Shown here one piece after another: positions 36,774 to 46,714 of a DNA stretch of 64,000 nt. The stretch is taken from IMG/VR virus record IMGVR_UViG_3300034105_003474, positions 64,001 through 128,000 of that record; one strand, 5' to 3'. The translations under genes and the position numbers were made by a program. How positions within the stretch are numbered: position 1 is the first letter of the stretch; every line of letters starts with the position of its first letter. The DNA is from a virus. The notes under the pieces were generated by a model. That model was given only the letters and a program-made list of their open reading frames with translations, was not told the origin of the DNA and did no database searches.

Positions 36774-37025
36774 ATGAAAAAGGCTTTTAAATCGCCAACA
36801 AAAACACAGTTACGGACTGCTACAAACCAAAGCAGAGAATTACTTTCTGAGTGGATTCGCACAACTAGAACTAAACAAAACTTAAGCCAAGAAGGATTAG
36901 CCGAAATTGCTGGTGTTGACCGCAAAACAATTAACCGAATTGAAAACGGTCATTTCTCACCGAGCATTGAAACGCTAGTTCGTATCTCTTTGTCTCTTGA
37001 CTCAAAAATCCCTTCCCTAGTATGA
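36774..37025 (+). CDS. XRE-family HTH regulator
   Basis: LSQEGLAEIAGVDRKTINRIENG. Confidence 0.9.
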   Translation: MKKAFKSPTKTQLRTATNQSRELLSEWIRTTRTKQNLSQEGLAEIAGVDRKTINRIENGHFSPSIETLVRISLSLDSKIPSLV

Positions 37026-37534
37026 CCGAAAACTCTTGGAATAGTTCTGAGCGCTTAGTCGCTCTCACGGAATTTCGTAAGTCAATTATTGCCATCAGCG
37101 ATAAGGCTTTGGAAAACTTGGAGCAAGATGACGAACAACTTTGGTGCGATACATTAGTTTTGCTGCATGCAATTAAAGGTGACATTTCGTCAGTGTTTAC
37201 ACAGTATTCCAACCTGTTTTCCGACAAAATTGATGCTTCCGAACACTCCGCTTCAAACGGGCAAGTGATTGAAAAGAAGTCCGCGTTTGACCGCAAAGGC
37301 TGGAAGCATGAAGATATTGCATCAGAAGTGCTACGCAGGCTAGGAGATCTTTCCGTTGACATGGACACGGGTGAAGTCATTATGACCTCAGAAGAAATAG
37401 CATTGAAACTCTTGGAATATGTACAACCTTCATATTGGAGGGTTAAAGAACTATCCAAACTTGGCATTAACGCAGATCAATATTGCGAAGTTGGAGAACT
37501 AAAAACAAGCATCATCGTACGGAAGGAAAAATAA
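37022..37534 (+). CDS. Hypothetical protein
   Basis: 170-aa ORF in the recombination cluster. Confidence 0.7.
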   Translation: MTENSWNSSERLVALTEFRKSIIAISDKALENLEQDDEQLWCDTLVLLHAIKGDISSVFTQYSNLFSDKIDASEHSASNGQVIEKKSAFDRKGWKHEDIASEVLRRLGDLSVDMDTGEVIMTSEEIALKLLEYVQPSYWRVKELSKLGINADQYCEVGELKTSIIVRKEK

Positions 37535-37535
37535 C

Positions 37536-38240
37536 ATGAGCGAGATTTACCAACAGTTAGCAGAATCTTTCCCGCCAGAGATGGTTCGCAGGTTGAACAA
37601 AGGTGGCACCAACCTGATTTATATTCCAATCAGTGAAGTAATTACGCGAATGAATAAAATCATTGGTGTTGAAAACTGGTCGTTCACTGTTAAGTCTTGG
37701 CAACAACTTGGGACATCTATCGTTGCTCATGTTTCTGTTCAGGCAACAATTGACGGTAAGACAATTACACGCGAAGGCGTTGGCGGACAGAAGATCAAGA
37801 TGTCCAAGCAGGGTGATCCTGTTGACATCGGGGATGAAGTCAAGGGTGCTGTTTCCGATGCCCTCAAAAAGGCTGTTCAAACATTGGGTATTGGCTTATA
37901 TCTTGCCCGTAGCGAAGAGGCTATGGAGATTGAGCAGGCTATTGACGCAAGCGTCTCTGCTTCTCCTGCCCCTCCTGCTCCTGTTGTTTCACCGAAATAT
38001 GCGCAATTCAAATCATTGCTTGAAGCAAGTGAAGAGAATAAAGCAAAGATCAAAACATTTTGGTCAAACTATGGTGGCGGTCGTCCTGTTCCTAAGCCTT
38101 CAGAATTCACTGATGAGGAACTTGACACACTGATCACAGAATTGGTTTCCTACAGTTTTGCGGGTTCAACTCTTGTTGAAGCACCAGCAAAGAAAAAGGA
38201 AAAGGCTCCTGATATGCCACCGCGCAGAGACATTGACTGA
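37536..38240 (+). CDS. Rad52/22-family (Sak-like) single-strand annealing protein
   Basis: YI....VI.RMN.I.G..NWS, KGAVSDALKKA...LGIGLYL. Confidence 0.85.
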   Translation: MSEIYQQLAESFPPEMVRRLNKGGTNLIYIPISEVITRMNKIIGVENWSFTVKSWQQLGTSIVAHVSVQATIDGKTITREGVGGQKIKMSKQGDPVDIGDEVKGAVSDALKKAVQTLGIGLYLARSEEAMEIEQAIDASVSASPAPPAPVVSPKYAQFKSLLEASEENKAKIKTFWSNYGGGRPVPKPSEFTDEELDTLITELVSYSFAGSTLVEAPAKKKEKAPDMPPRRDID

Positions 38241-38241
38241 T

Positions 38242-39006
38242 GTGCTTAACGCTCCTGAATATCTCTCACCGAGTTCAATAGGGACTTTTCATCAGTGTCC
38301 TTTAAAATACAAGTTCTCTCGTATTGATGGACTGAAAGAACCCCCAACAGAACACACAATATTGGGGAACTATGTTCACTCAATTTTGGAAGAGTTTTAC
38401 CGTTTAGACGCAGGTCAAAGAACATTGCTGAACGCAAGAACTTTGTTTCGTTCAATTTGGGATGACTACGCTGAAGATGTAACCAAGATTTATCGTAATG
38501 ATGCTCAAAGCATTAGCGAATTTAGGCTTCGTGCCCGCTACTGCATAGAGAACTTGATGAAGATGGAATCTCCTGAATTAATAGAGTTTGACGGAATTGA
38601 AACCGAACTCAACCATGAGGTCAAAGGTGTAAAGATCAAGGGTTTCATTGACCGTTGGGCTATTGGCGACGGCAAGATAAACATAGGTGACTATAAAACA
38701 GGAAAAGTCCCACAGCCAAGATTCAGGGACGACAAATTTGACCAATTATTAATTTATGCAATAATTTTGTCAGAAATTGAAGACAAGGAAATCGGAACTT
38801 TGGAGTTGCTGTACATTAAGGACAGCGTTAGACTCAAAAAGGATCCGACAAAAGAAGACATTAATAGAATTACAGAAATGTTAGTTGAAACAAGAAATGC
38901 CATAGATGCAAGATGCGAAACTGAAGTTTTTGAAACCAAGGTTGGCGTGTTGTGTGGATGGTGCCACTTTAAACCTATATGTCCTGCATGGAGCAAAAAA
39001 AAATAA
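38242..39006 (+). CDS. PD-(D/E)XK RecB/Cas4-like exonuclease
   Basis: LSPS...QCP, GFIDR, DYKTG, QL..Y, C..C.F...C. Confidence 0.88.
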   Translation: MLNAPEYLSPSSIGTFHQCPLKYKFSRIDGLKEPPTEHTILGNYVHSILEEFYRLDAGQRTLLNARTLFRSIWDDYAEDVTKIYRNDAQSISEFRLRARYCIENLMKMESPELIEFDGIETELNHEVKGVKIKGFIDRWAIGDGKINIGDYKTGKVPQPRFRDDKFDQLLIYAIILSEIEDKEIGTLELLYIKDSVRLKKDPTKEDINRITEMLVETRNAIDARCETEVFETKVGVLCGWCHFKPICPAWSKKK

Positions 39007-39525
39007 ATGAACGATGAAGCATTCGCCCGACTTGTCGCCGAAGATGTAAAAAACAAATCTTCTGATGCACAAAAGAAATATCTAGCACTTCCCGAAAACA
39101 TCAAAAGATGGAAGAGGGCTTTAGAGTATTTGGCATCAAACCTTGATGATCAGATCACACAGATCAACAAATTTGAGGAAAGCAAACTCAAAGAATATGA
39201 GCAATTAGGTGATGAAGGTACAGCAATAATCGCTGAAACATCAGCAAACTTTGGTGCTCGTAAATCAAAAATTGAGCGATTCAATTTCTTTGTTCGGGCA
39301 AAACTTGATGAAGTAAGCCGTATGGATGCTCTTTCGCCTAACGGTGATATGTCTCAAAACACTGACGATTTCTACCGCAGGGCGATACAAAAGTGGTGGT
39401 CGCTGATGGAGGAGTTTGAGATGGAGCCAACGAAAATTGATGAGGCTTTGTATGCCTCTTTGGATGGTCGTTGGGACTTTGAAGGGCTCACTGAAGATAA
39501 CGCATTTGGCGACTTTGAAGATTAA
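39007..39525 (+). CDS. Hypothetical protein
   Basis: 172-aa helical ORF. Confidence 0.7.
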   Translation: MNDEAFARLVAEDVKNKSSDAQKKYLALPENIKRWKRALEYLASNLDDQITQINKFEESKLKEYEQLGDEGTAIIAETSANFGARKSKIERFNFFVRAKLDEVSRMDALSPNGDMSQNTDDFYRRAIQKWWSLMEEFEMEPTKIDEALYASLDGRWDFEGLTEDNAFGDFED

Positions 39526-39534
39526 ACAGCAACA

Positions 39535-40668
39535 GTGACACGGCAACGACTATTTCTTGATACCTCCTGCGTTGACGCGGCGAGGGAAAGATTGCGCCAT
39601 GTTTACGACACCTTTGACACAGTCTGCTACCAGTTCTCTGGTGGCAAGGACAGCACTGCCATTATTCATCTTGCTAAAGAAATACATGAAGAGCGCAATC
39701 TTGGCAAAGTGAAAGTTATTTTCCGAGACGAAGAAATGGTGAGCCCAACCGTTATCAAGTTCGTTGAAAAGGTTCGCAACTATGACTGGGTTGACATGGA
39801 GTGGTACTGCCTGCCATCCGGTCAAGAGATTTGGGTTCTTGGCAGGCGCGAATACGTTTTGCTGTGGTCACCGCAACGGAAAGCAGATGGTCGTCTAGTT
39901 CGTGAGATGCCAGAGTGGGCTATTAGGGCTGAGCATTTTGGTTTGGATCCTTCTAAGCCATGTCCGAACCTTGTTGACTATTACACGATGCAGGGGAAAA
40001 AGGGCAGAACGGCGTTTGTTATGGGTGTTCGCGCCAACGAGTCAATGGTCAGATATAGATCATGTGTACAGAAACTCCACGAAAATTACATTGTTTCTCC
40101 GTTTCTTCTTCAGAAATCTATTCCTCTTAAGTTTGCGAAAGTCATCTATGACTGGACGACTGAAGATGTGATGAAGTTCATTATTGAAGAACACAAAGCA
40201 GAGTATTGTGAATACTATGATTTGGCTGAATTAACTGGAAGTAATAGCCGTGTTGGTATTCCTTTGCACTCTGTTGCGATAAGAAGGATCGGCGATGTTG
40301 TTGCTACTGAGCCAGAGTTCTACGATCAGTTGGTTCGCTGTTTCCCGCAAATTGATGCACAGCGTCGGTATTGGGCTGATTTTGATATTGAGAACCTAAT
40401 ACTTAGTTATGCTTCTTTGGGTTGGGATGGTGTTTCTGATTGCATTGACGATCACATGCTTACTCCCGGTATGCGCTTGGATGCATTGAAGTTTGCTTCG
40501 GCTTTCCGCAAAAAGAGGGTTGTTGATCCTCACGGGTTTCCACTTGAGTATTTGATTAGAACTTTGCTTCTCAACGAATTCCACCAGTCAACGCCTACAC
40601 CTGTCGGACCAAAAACTAGGGCTCATACCATGAGGTTGAAGGCTATTGAGGCTGGCGAGGATTATTAA
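39535..40668 (+). CDS. PAPS-reductase-family PP-loop protein (IbrA-like)
   Basis: FSGGKDS, FRDEE, GVRANES..R, IYDW. Confidence 0.8.
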   Translation: MTRQRLFLDTSCVDAARERLRHVYDTFDTVCYQFSGGKDSTAIIHLAKEIHEERNLGKVKVIFRDEEMVSPTVIKFVEKVRNYDWVDMEWYCLPSGQEIWVLGRREYVLLWSPQRKADGRLVREMPEWAIRAEHFGLDPSKPCPNLVDYYTMQGKKGRTAFVMGVRANESMVRYRSCVQKLHENYIVSPFLLQKSIPLKFAKVIYDWTTEDVMKFIIEEHKAEYCEYYDLAELTGSNSRVGIPLHSVAIRRIGDVVATEPEFYDQLVRCFPQIDAQRRYWADFDIENLILSYASLGWDGVSDCIDDHMLTPGMRLDALKFASAFRKKRVVDPHGFPLEYLIRTLLLNEFHQSTPTPVGPKTRAHTMRLKAIEAGEDY

Positions 40669-40723
40669 ATAATATTTTTATTATCAGTATTTTTATTGAA
40701 TAAAGAAAAGGCGGTTGGTGGGA

Positions 40724-41272
40724 ATGAAAATCACAAATGTGCAGAACAAGATTCTTACGATTCCCAAATGGGGCTCTACAAGCATTCTTAGACCAGAAAA
40801 AATGTTGCTTAAACTTTCCATGCTTGAACATGGGTGGATGCAACCGTTGGTCGTTCGGCTGTCAGACAACATGATAATTGACGGCTATCAACGGTACATG
40901 ATTTCTTTAGACGACGAAAAGTTCATAAAGAAACATGGGAGCATGATACCTGTCATCTTTCATGATGTTGACGAGATTGAAGCAATGGTTTTGCATATTC
41001 GTCTCAACAGGGCTCGTGGTTCAGTTAATTCTTATGGTTTGAGCAAATTGGTTAAACGGGTAGTCGCCTCCAAAAGATATGAGGAAAATGATTTATCTAA
41101 TCTGTTTTTGATGCACGATGACGAAATTGATCTACTCATGTCGGATGGTCTGTTGAAGAAGAAAAATTGGAGCAAATACGAGTATTCTCGTGCTTGGGTT
41201 CCAATTGAGGTAGCAAAACCAGTTGCCGAAGGATCAGTAGTCATTGAGCGACCACCAAACGCAGATCGCTAG
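40724..41272 (+). CDS. ParB/Srx-like protein (IbrB-like)
   Basis: LKLSMLEHGWMQPLVV, IIDGYQR, RLNRARG. Confidence 0.78.
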   Translation: MKITNVQNKILTIPKWGSTSILRPEKMLLKLSMLEHGWMQPLVVRLSDNMIIDGYQRYMISLDDEKFIKKHGSMIPVIFHDVDEIEAMVLHIRLNRARGSVNSYGLSKLVKRVVASKRYEENDLSNLFLMHDDEIDLLMSDGLLKKKNWSKYEYSRAWVPIEVAKPVAEGSVVIERPPNADR

Positions 41273-41291
41273 ATATTGCCCCTTGTAGATA

Positions 41292-41302
41292 TGTGGTAAA
41301 AT
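41292..41302 (+). promoter_or_regulatory. Extended -10 promoter (TGTGGTAAAAT) at the start of the neck/tail operon
   Basis: TGnTAAAAT in an intergenic gap, upstream of an AGGAG RBS. Confidence 0.5.
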
Positions 41303-41331
41303 CCGAGTAGCCCTTTTTAGGAGATACTCTC

Positions 41332-41736
41332 ATGCCACGACCAAGAATGACGGAAGATGTTGAATTCCGTACAGATGTAGACACTGCTGGTGATGTTGTT
41401 CGTCGTGCGCGTTTTGTTAGGCGTCGTCGCCGACAAGGCGGTCGCAATGTGCCGGGGAACGCTCGCTATTATCGCCGTCGTCAGGCACAACTAAACGCCG
41501 CTCGCCGTCAACGACGTGGTGCAGTAGCGGGCGCAGGGAATGCGGCTCGCCGTGGTCGCGCCGCTGAGCGTACTGCGAGGGGAGCAGGTCGCGCAGGTCG
41601 TAATGCAGGAAACTCAAGAGTAGTTACCCCTCGTTCAGCAACCCGTCGTGGTGGAATCCGTGGAGCATTGGCGCGAGTAGCAAGAGCAGCCGCTAACAGG
41701 CTTGAAAGACGCCGTACTCGTCGTCAACAACGATAA
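41332..41736 (+). CDS. Arginine-rich protamine-like protein
   Basis: 41 Arg in 134 aa by hand count, no Lys; AGGAG RBS. Confidence 0.7.
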   Translation: MPRPRMTEDVEFRTDVDTAGDVVRRARFVRRRRRQGGRNVPGNARYYRRRQAQLNAARRQRRGAVAGAGNAARRGRAAERTARGAGRAGRNAGNSRVVTPRSATRRGGIRGALARVARAAANRLERRRTRRQQR

Positions 41737-41749
41737 TCGGAGGTGACCG

Positions 41750-42625
41750 ATGGCTTTAGTGACGGTTTCTGATCTAAAGACTTATATGGATATAAGTTTT
41801 TCTAATAGGCAAGAAGATGCTGCACAATTTGTGATTGATGGTTTGCAGAGCGAACTTGAAACATATCTTCGCCGACCGATAGAGGTTGCGTCATTTACTG
41901 AGGATTATGTCCTTGAATCAGACCATGTTGGTCTTCCTATGGGTTCAACTATTTTTAATGATTTTTATCAGGCTTCAGATGTTGATCCTGTTGGGCTTAT
42001 AACTTACGGAACTCCTCCACCAACGGTTTATTTTAATAATTCTCCTGTGGTTTCTGTGCAGAGAGTAACTCTCACAAACATGTCTGAAAACAATCGTGTT
42101 CTTGGCGAAGCGATCAAAAGGTCTGCTTCTATTACTTCTGTGACGGTGGCTGGAACAACCGTCACTTACACGGCTTCCAACCATGGTTTTACTGTTGGGC
42201 AAAACATTGCGGTGTCTGGTTTGAGCACTTCTGCTTTGAACCTTGTATCAAATATTATTACATCCGTTGCTACTAATACATTCACGGTTACTCAGAGCGG
42301 TCTGACTGCGGGAACATTCAACCAAACTGGCACTGTTGTCGCATCGGGTTTTGATTACACGGTAAGAAAATTCGGAATTGATTTCTATCTTGGTTTTGCA
42401 AATGACAAGATAACCGTCACCTACACTGCTGGTCTTACTGGCGGTGATACCCCAATGTTCAAACTTATGATACTCCGAGCCGCTGCTCGTGAAGTCCAAA
42501 ACATGCATGATGATGTTGTCGGTATCAAAGATTTGGGTGCTCGTGAAGTTGCATTAATGGAAACAGGATTCTTGGAAAAAGAATTGAATGCTGTTAAGCG
42601 TTGGCGCAGAAATAGGATCTCTTAA
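41750..42625 (+). CDS. Head-to-tail adaptor with inserted Thr-rich beta domain
   Basis: LVTVSDLKTYM start, ELETYLRR, VTYTAG; insert ...NHGFTVGQNIAVSG...TFTV. Confidence 0.7.
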   Translation: MALVTVSDLKTYMDISFSNRQEDAAQFVIDGLQSELETYLRRPIEVASFTEDYVLESDHVGLPMGSTIFNDFYQASDVDPVGLITYGTPPPTVYFNNSPVVSVQRVTLTNMSENNRVLGEAIKRSASITSVTVAGTTVTYTASNHGFTVGQNIAVSGLSTSALNLVSNIITSVATNTFTVTQSGLTAGTFNQTGTVVASGFDYTVRKFGIDFYLGFANDKITVTYTAGLTGGDTPMFKLMILRAAAREVQNMHDDVVGIKDLGAREVALMETGFLEKELNAVKRWRRNRIS

Positions 42626-42628
42626 CCC

Positions 42629-43120
42629 ATGGCGTCTGATCTGAAAATCAAAATCACAATTGATGCCAGAGCAGCAATCAAGAGAATGAAAGACATGGAA
42701 AAACGTTCCACGGATTTCAAGCCAGTGTTTAGGTGGGCTAAAAGAGAACTTGGTTTAATGAATGGTCAAAACTTTGCTCAAAACGGTTTGCCTGTTGGAG
42801 GATGGTCACCTTTGAGTCCTAAGTATGCCGCGTGGAAAGCAACGAATTTTCCCGGTAGACCAGACATGGTGAGAAGCGGAAAACTTTTTAATTCTTTGCG
42901 CAATCTTAATGGTGGTGTGAATTCTATTGGTTTGAAGAAGGCAACTTTTGGTACTGATGTTGAATATGCCAAGTTTCATCAATATGGGACAACGAAGATG
43001 CCTAAACGAAAACTTGTTTATGAGCCTGCTGGTTTTGCTGAGCGTGTTGCTTTGCTTGCGGCAAGGCATGTTGCTGATGGCAAGTTGGGTGTTGGGGCTG
43101 GCGATTTGGCGTTTGAGTAA
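42629..43120 (+). CDS. Virion morphogenesis (Mu gpG-like) neck protein
   Basis: WSPLSPKY, SGKL..SL, FGTDVEYAKFHQYGT.KMPKR. Confidence 0.8.
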   Translation: MASDLKIKITIDARAAIKRMKDMEKRSTDFKPVFRWAKRELGLMNGQNFAQNGLPVGGWSPLSPKYAAWKATNFPGRPDMVRSGKLFNSLRNLNGGVNSIGLKKATFGTDVEYAKFHQYGTTKMPKRKLVYEPAGFAERVALLAARHVADGKLGVGAGDLAFE

Positions 43121-43129
43121 GGTGGACTT

Positions 43130-43741
43130 ATGACCGTACCTGTTACTGATTTGATGCATGGCGCACAATGGGCTAAGTACTATGTGAATAGATATTTGAC
43201 TGCTGATCTTCCAAGCAGGATTAATCGTTACCGTTCTGGCTGGAACTTGGATTCCAACGAGTTGCCTACTCCTGAGTTCTTTTTAACTTATGAGCCGATT
43301 GCTTTGGATCACTGGCCGACAATTATCACGGTTTGTATATCTACTTCGCCTTTTGAGAGGATGATGCAGGGCAGTCAGGGTGACCCTCTTTATCGTGTTA
43401 CATACAGTATGCGAACCTATATTTGGGCTAAAACTGAAGGTTCAGAGGCTGTTACATTGTTGCGAGATAGGTTGACAACGGTTCTGCGGTCAGCCCTCAT
43501 GGACAGACCATGTCTCACACAGTACGACAGCGACACCGAAGCCGACATTTATATTGACGAATCCTCGCTCAGGGAAGAATTCTCTGACCTAACCCTCATA
43601 AAAGGTGACCGTGTATTAGCGGGAGCATATTTAGGGTATGATTTAGTACTTAACGAAGTTATTTACCGTGATCAAATTGCGGCAATAACTGGATACGACA
43701 TTGAAAATTACAACATGCGCAGTACAACGGAGACTTTTTAA
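43130..43741 (+). CDS. Probable tail terminator/completion protein
   Basis: Position between neck and sheath genes; size. Confidence 0.5.
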   Translation: MTVPVTDLMHGAQWAKYYVNRYLTADLPSRINRYRSGWNLDSNELPTPEFFLTYEPIALDHWPTIITVCISTSPFERMMQGSQGDPLYRVTYSMRTYIWAKTEGSEAVTLLRDRLTTVLRSALMDRPCLTQYDSDTEADIYIDESSLREEFSDLTLIKGDRVLAGAYLGYDLVLNEVIYRDQIAAITGYDIENYNMRSTTETF

Positions 43742-43744
43742 TCT

Positions 43745-44104
43745 ATGGAACCAATTTACGACATCCAAGGCAAAGCAGGTCTTCTGCGGGTTTGGAATGC
43801 AACTAAAGGTTACCTTGAAGTAACCGAAGAAGGCTACCTGCTTCAGGGAGAAACAAGTGCATGGATTGAGGAAACAGACGCAGTAGTTGACTTGATCAAA
43901 GAAGGACTTCTCGTCGTCGTTGGAGGACAAGAAAGCCCAAGCGTTCAAGAGGCTAGCGAAAATCCAAAAAAAAAGAAGTCATCCACCATCAGCCAATCGC
44001 CTACAGAAGTAGAAGATCTTCCTGCTGTGGATGAGCCAGAAAATAAAAAAGAAGCAGAAGAACCAACCAGTCCAAATAATGATGTTTCTGTTGAGACAGT
44101 TTAA
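43745..44104 (+). CDS. Hypothetical protein with acidic tail
   Basis: 119-aa ORF before the sheath gene. Confidence 0.6.
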   Translation: MEPIYDIQGKAGLLRVWNATKGYLEVTEEGYLLQGETSAWIEETDAVVDLIKEGLLVVVGGQESPSVQEASENPKKKKSSTISQSPTEVEDLPAVDEPENKKEAEEPTSPNNDVSVETV

Positions 44105-44157
44105 TTAATGTATACTCGTTTTACGGAAATTTCTTCAACTCAAATGGAGGGTGCTAG

Positions 44158-45624
44158 ATGCCCGGCGTAACAATTACAACCGCAGTTCGTACAGGTGCAA
44201 CCAATCTTGGAACCGCTCCAGCAGCGAAATTCTTTCTTGTTGGAACATCCGAAAGAGGAGTGAGCACAGCAGCACGAGAAATCACCTCTTTGGCTGATTT
44301 TGAAACCAAGTTTGGTGGTCATGTTTCGGGTTCGTACTCTTGGTACTCAATGAAAACCTTCTTTGAAGAAGGTGGAGTTAGCGCATATTTCGCTCGCGTA
44401 ACAGCCTCCGCTGGTGTTGTAGGAACAAAAGCACTTACCACTTCAACCTCAAGCGGTCCTGGAATCACATTCACCGCTAGTGGTAAGGGTGCTTGGGCTA
44501 ACAGCCTTGCTTTTGTCGCAACGAACAACACAACGACTTTTGATCTACTTGTTGCCTACAACGGAAACACTATTTTCTCAGGAACTGGTTACACAAGCCT
44601 GACGGAGTGCATCACAGCAGTAAACGCAGATGCCACAGCAACACTTTATATGACAGCCTCGCTAACAGCGTCAGCAGTTGCTTCACAACTGTTGGCAACC
44701 GCTGCTGCTACATCGCCGTCAAACGGTGCTGATGGAACTGTTGCAAAGAGTGATGCAATTGCTGCTTTGGACTTCTTCATTGATGACTTCGGATCGGGTG
44801 CTGTAGCGGCACCGGGTTTCGCCACTGGTTCAAGCGACACAGCACTTTACGATGCGCTTCGCACGCATGCTGCGACATACAACCGTATCGCTCTTTGTGG
44901 TTTCGCATCCACCGCAACGCTTGCTCAAGCCCGTTCGGCGTCAACTGGTTACACAGGTCTAAGTTTGCATGAATCCATGGCTTTCTACCACCCGTGGGTA
45001 CAGATCCCTGTTGATTCAGCAACCGTTGATATTCCAGCAGAGGCTTATGTAGCCGCTGTTCGTTCAAAGACACACAACGCTGTTGGTGCTTGGAAGGCTT
45101 ATGCAGGTGTTGCTTCTGAAGCAACGTTCGTTACAGGTCTTGCACTTCCAGTGAGTCGCGCAGAAGCAGATCTGATGGACGCTTCGTATGTGAACCCATT
45201 GCGTTTGATTAACGGTCGTGTCCGCATCTACGGTGCACGCTCGCACTCTACAAACACCACACAGTGGCGTTTCATTACCGCACGAGACACAATCAACTAC
45301 ATCGTTACGCAAGCAAACAACCGTCTTGAGGATCTTGTATTCTCAACCATTGACGGTCGTAGCACGCTTTTCGCAAACATCATCAACTCAATCCAATCAG
45401 TTGTTGAACCAATCCGCATCAACGGTGGCTTCTATGAAGGTTTCGCAACAGACGGTCGCCGTATTGACTACGGTTACACGATCAAGTGCGATGCTTCCAT
45501 CAACCCGTTGACTGCTCTTGAAAACGGAACAGTTTCAGCACGACTGGGTGTTCGCGTCTCAAGTATCGGTGACAAGATTGAAGTAGATCTCATCAAGTCA
45601 AATCTAACAACTGCTTTGGCATAA
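44158..45624 (+). CDS. Tail sheath protein
   Basis: MPGV start, FFEEGG..AY..RV, FYHPWV, VNPLR...RIYGARS, WRFI. Confidence 0.9.
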   Translation: MPGVTITTAVRTGATNLGTAPAAKFFLVGTSERGVSTAAREITSLADFETKFGGHVSGSYSWYSMKTFFEEGGVSAYFARVTASAGVVGTKALTTSTSSGPGITFTASGKGAWANSLAFVATNNTTTFDLLVAYNGNTIFSGTGYTSLTECITAVNADATATLYMTASLTASAVASQLLATAAATSPSNGADGTVAKSDAIAALDFFIDDFGSGAVAAPGFATGSSDTALYDALRTHAATYNRIALCGFASTATLAQARSASTGYTGLSLHESMAFYHPWVQIPVDSATVDIPAEAYVAAVRSKTHNAVGAWKAYAGVASEATFVTGLALPVSRAEADLMDASYVNPLRLINGRVRIYGARSHSTNTTQWRFITARDTINYIVTQANNRLEDLVFSTIDGRSTLFANIINSIQSVVEPIRINGGFYEGFATDGRRIDYGYTIKCDASINPLTALENGTVSARLGVRVSSIGDKIEVDLIKSNLTTALA

Positions 45625-45635
45625 CGGAGGAATAA

Positions 45636-46115
45636 ATGGCTCGTCCAACATTGTTTAAGAATCTCGCTACACAGCGCCAAATCGTTGGCAAGATCACGCC
45701 ATCGGAAGGTACTGTTGGTCTGCCGACTTTCCCTGACTACTTCACACAGATTGCTGGCGGAGAAATCACCGCTTCTGTAGAGAAGGTTTACCACGGTGGC
45801 GACTTGTTCTCCGAGACCCTTTGTGCACCAATGGAAATTGGCGACATCACCCTCACTGGCTATGTGTCAACTGATCAGGCTTTCATGTCAAAGATTCAGC
45901 AATTGCGCCAAGTTGTTGGTCGCGTTCGCTACGACATTGATGTCCATGTTTTTGACTGCGATATTGCTGTACCGGGCTCTGACCGCCAGTACACGAAGGC
46001 TTTGCTTGTAGGTTTGACTGAGCCAGACGGCGATGCAACCTCGGGTACACCAGCGACATTCACACTGACTTTCAGTGTTGCTACTGTCTCTGTTGGTAAC
46101 GCACCAGTCGCCTGA
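45636..46115 (+). CDS. Tail tube protein
   Basis: Follows the sheath gene, 159 aa, DITLT, FTLTFSV. Confidence 0.75.
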   Translation: MARPTLFKNLATQRQIVGKITPSEGTVGLPTFPDYFTQIAGGEITASVEKVYHGGDLFSETLCAPMEIGDITLTGYVSTDQAFMSKIQQLRQVVGRVRYDIDVHVFDCDIAVPGSDRQYTKALLVGLTEPDGDATSGTPATFTLTFSVATVSVGNAPVA

Positions 46116-46130
46116 TACTCCTGATTTAGG

Positions 46131-46164
46131 GGTTGCATTTTTGGGGCTTTAGGCATGTTAGTGT
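46131..46164 (+). promoter_or_regulatory. Candidate promoter: GGTTGCATTTT box plus TGtTAGTGT
   Basis: Third copy of the motif; -10 is 7 nt before ATG 46172. Confidence 0.5.
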
Positions 46165-46171
46165 TTCGCCT

Positions 46172-46714
46172 ATGACCAACATTCAATTCAGTTCAGACGA
46201 CTCTTACCGAGATAATTCAACGGTATCTGCTCGTAGTACAACAGACGACCCAAAGAGCGAAGGCAATGTTTTGGAGAGTTTGAAAAAACTCGTTCAAGAT
46301 AAAGTTCGCCGTGGAGATGTCCACATTGCCATTCCGGAGCGACCGGGTGTGATGATTCGTGTTTCACCAAACATCTCACAAAACCAACTCAAGTCGTGGC
46401 GCAGGAACGCTGGCGAAGAGCGCAAGGGTGGCATGGACACTATGCGTTTCTCAACAAACCTAATCGCCGCTACTACCACGGGTATTTTGGTTAACGATGA
46501 AATCGTTACTGATGACAATGGTATTGAACTTACGTTTGCTTCACCAGAAATTATGGCTATGACAAACACGAATCGCCCACACCCTGATTGTGTTTTGGCT
46601 TTCTTTGGTCTTGAACCACATGTTGAATCAGCCGCCGTGGCAATCATTGAAGCAGCAGGATATGGAGACAATGTGGATGCATTGGACCCTACGAAGAGGT
46701 CTTCCGAGAGTTAA
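46172..46714 (+). CDS. Tail assembly chaperone (G)
   Basis: Between tube and tape measure genes. Confidence 0.7.
   Translation: MTNIQFSSDDSYRDNSTVSARSTTDDPKSEGNVLESLKKLVQDKVRRGDVHIAIPERPGVMIRVSPNISQNQLKSWRRNAGEERKGGMDTMRFSTNLIAATTTGILVNDEIVTDDNGIELTFASPEIMAMTNTNRPHPDCVLAFFGLEPHVESAAVAIIEAAGYGDNVDALDPTKRSSES

Noticed and set aside
38242-39006. Cas4 of a CRISPR system
   Set aside because: No repeat-spacer array or other cas genes seen; its position next to a Sak-like annealase indicates a recombination exonuclease.
39535-40668. DndC/phosphorothioation system
   Set aside because: No dndA/B/D/E or ssp genes nearby; the ParB-like partner fits IbrAB better.
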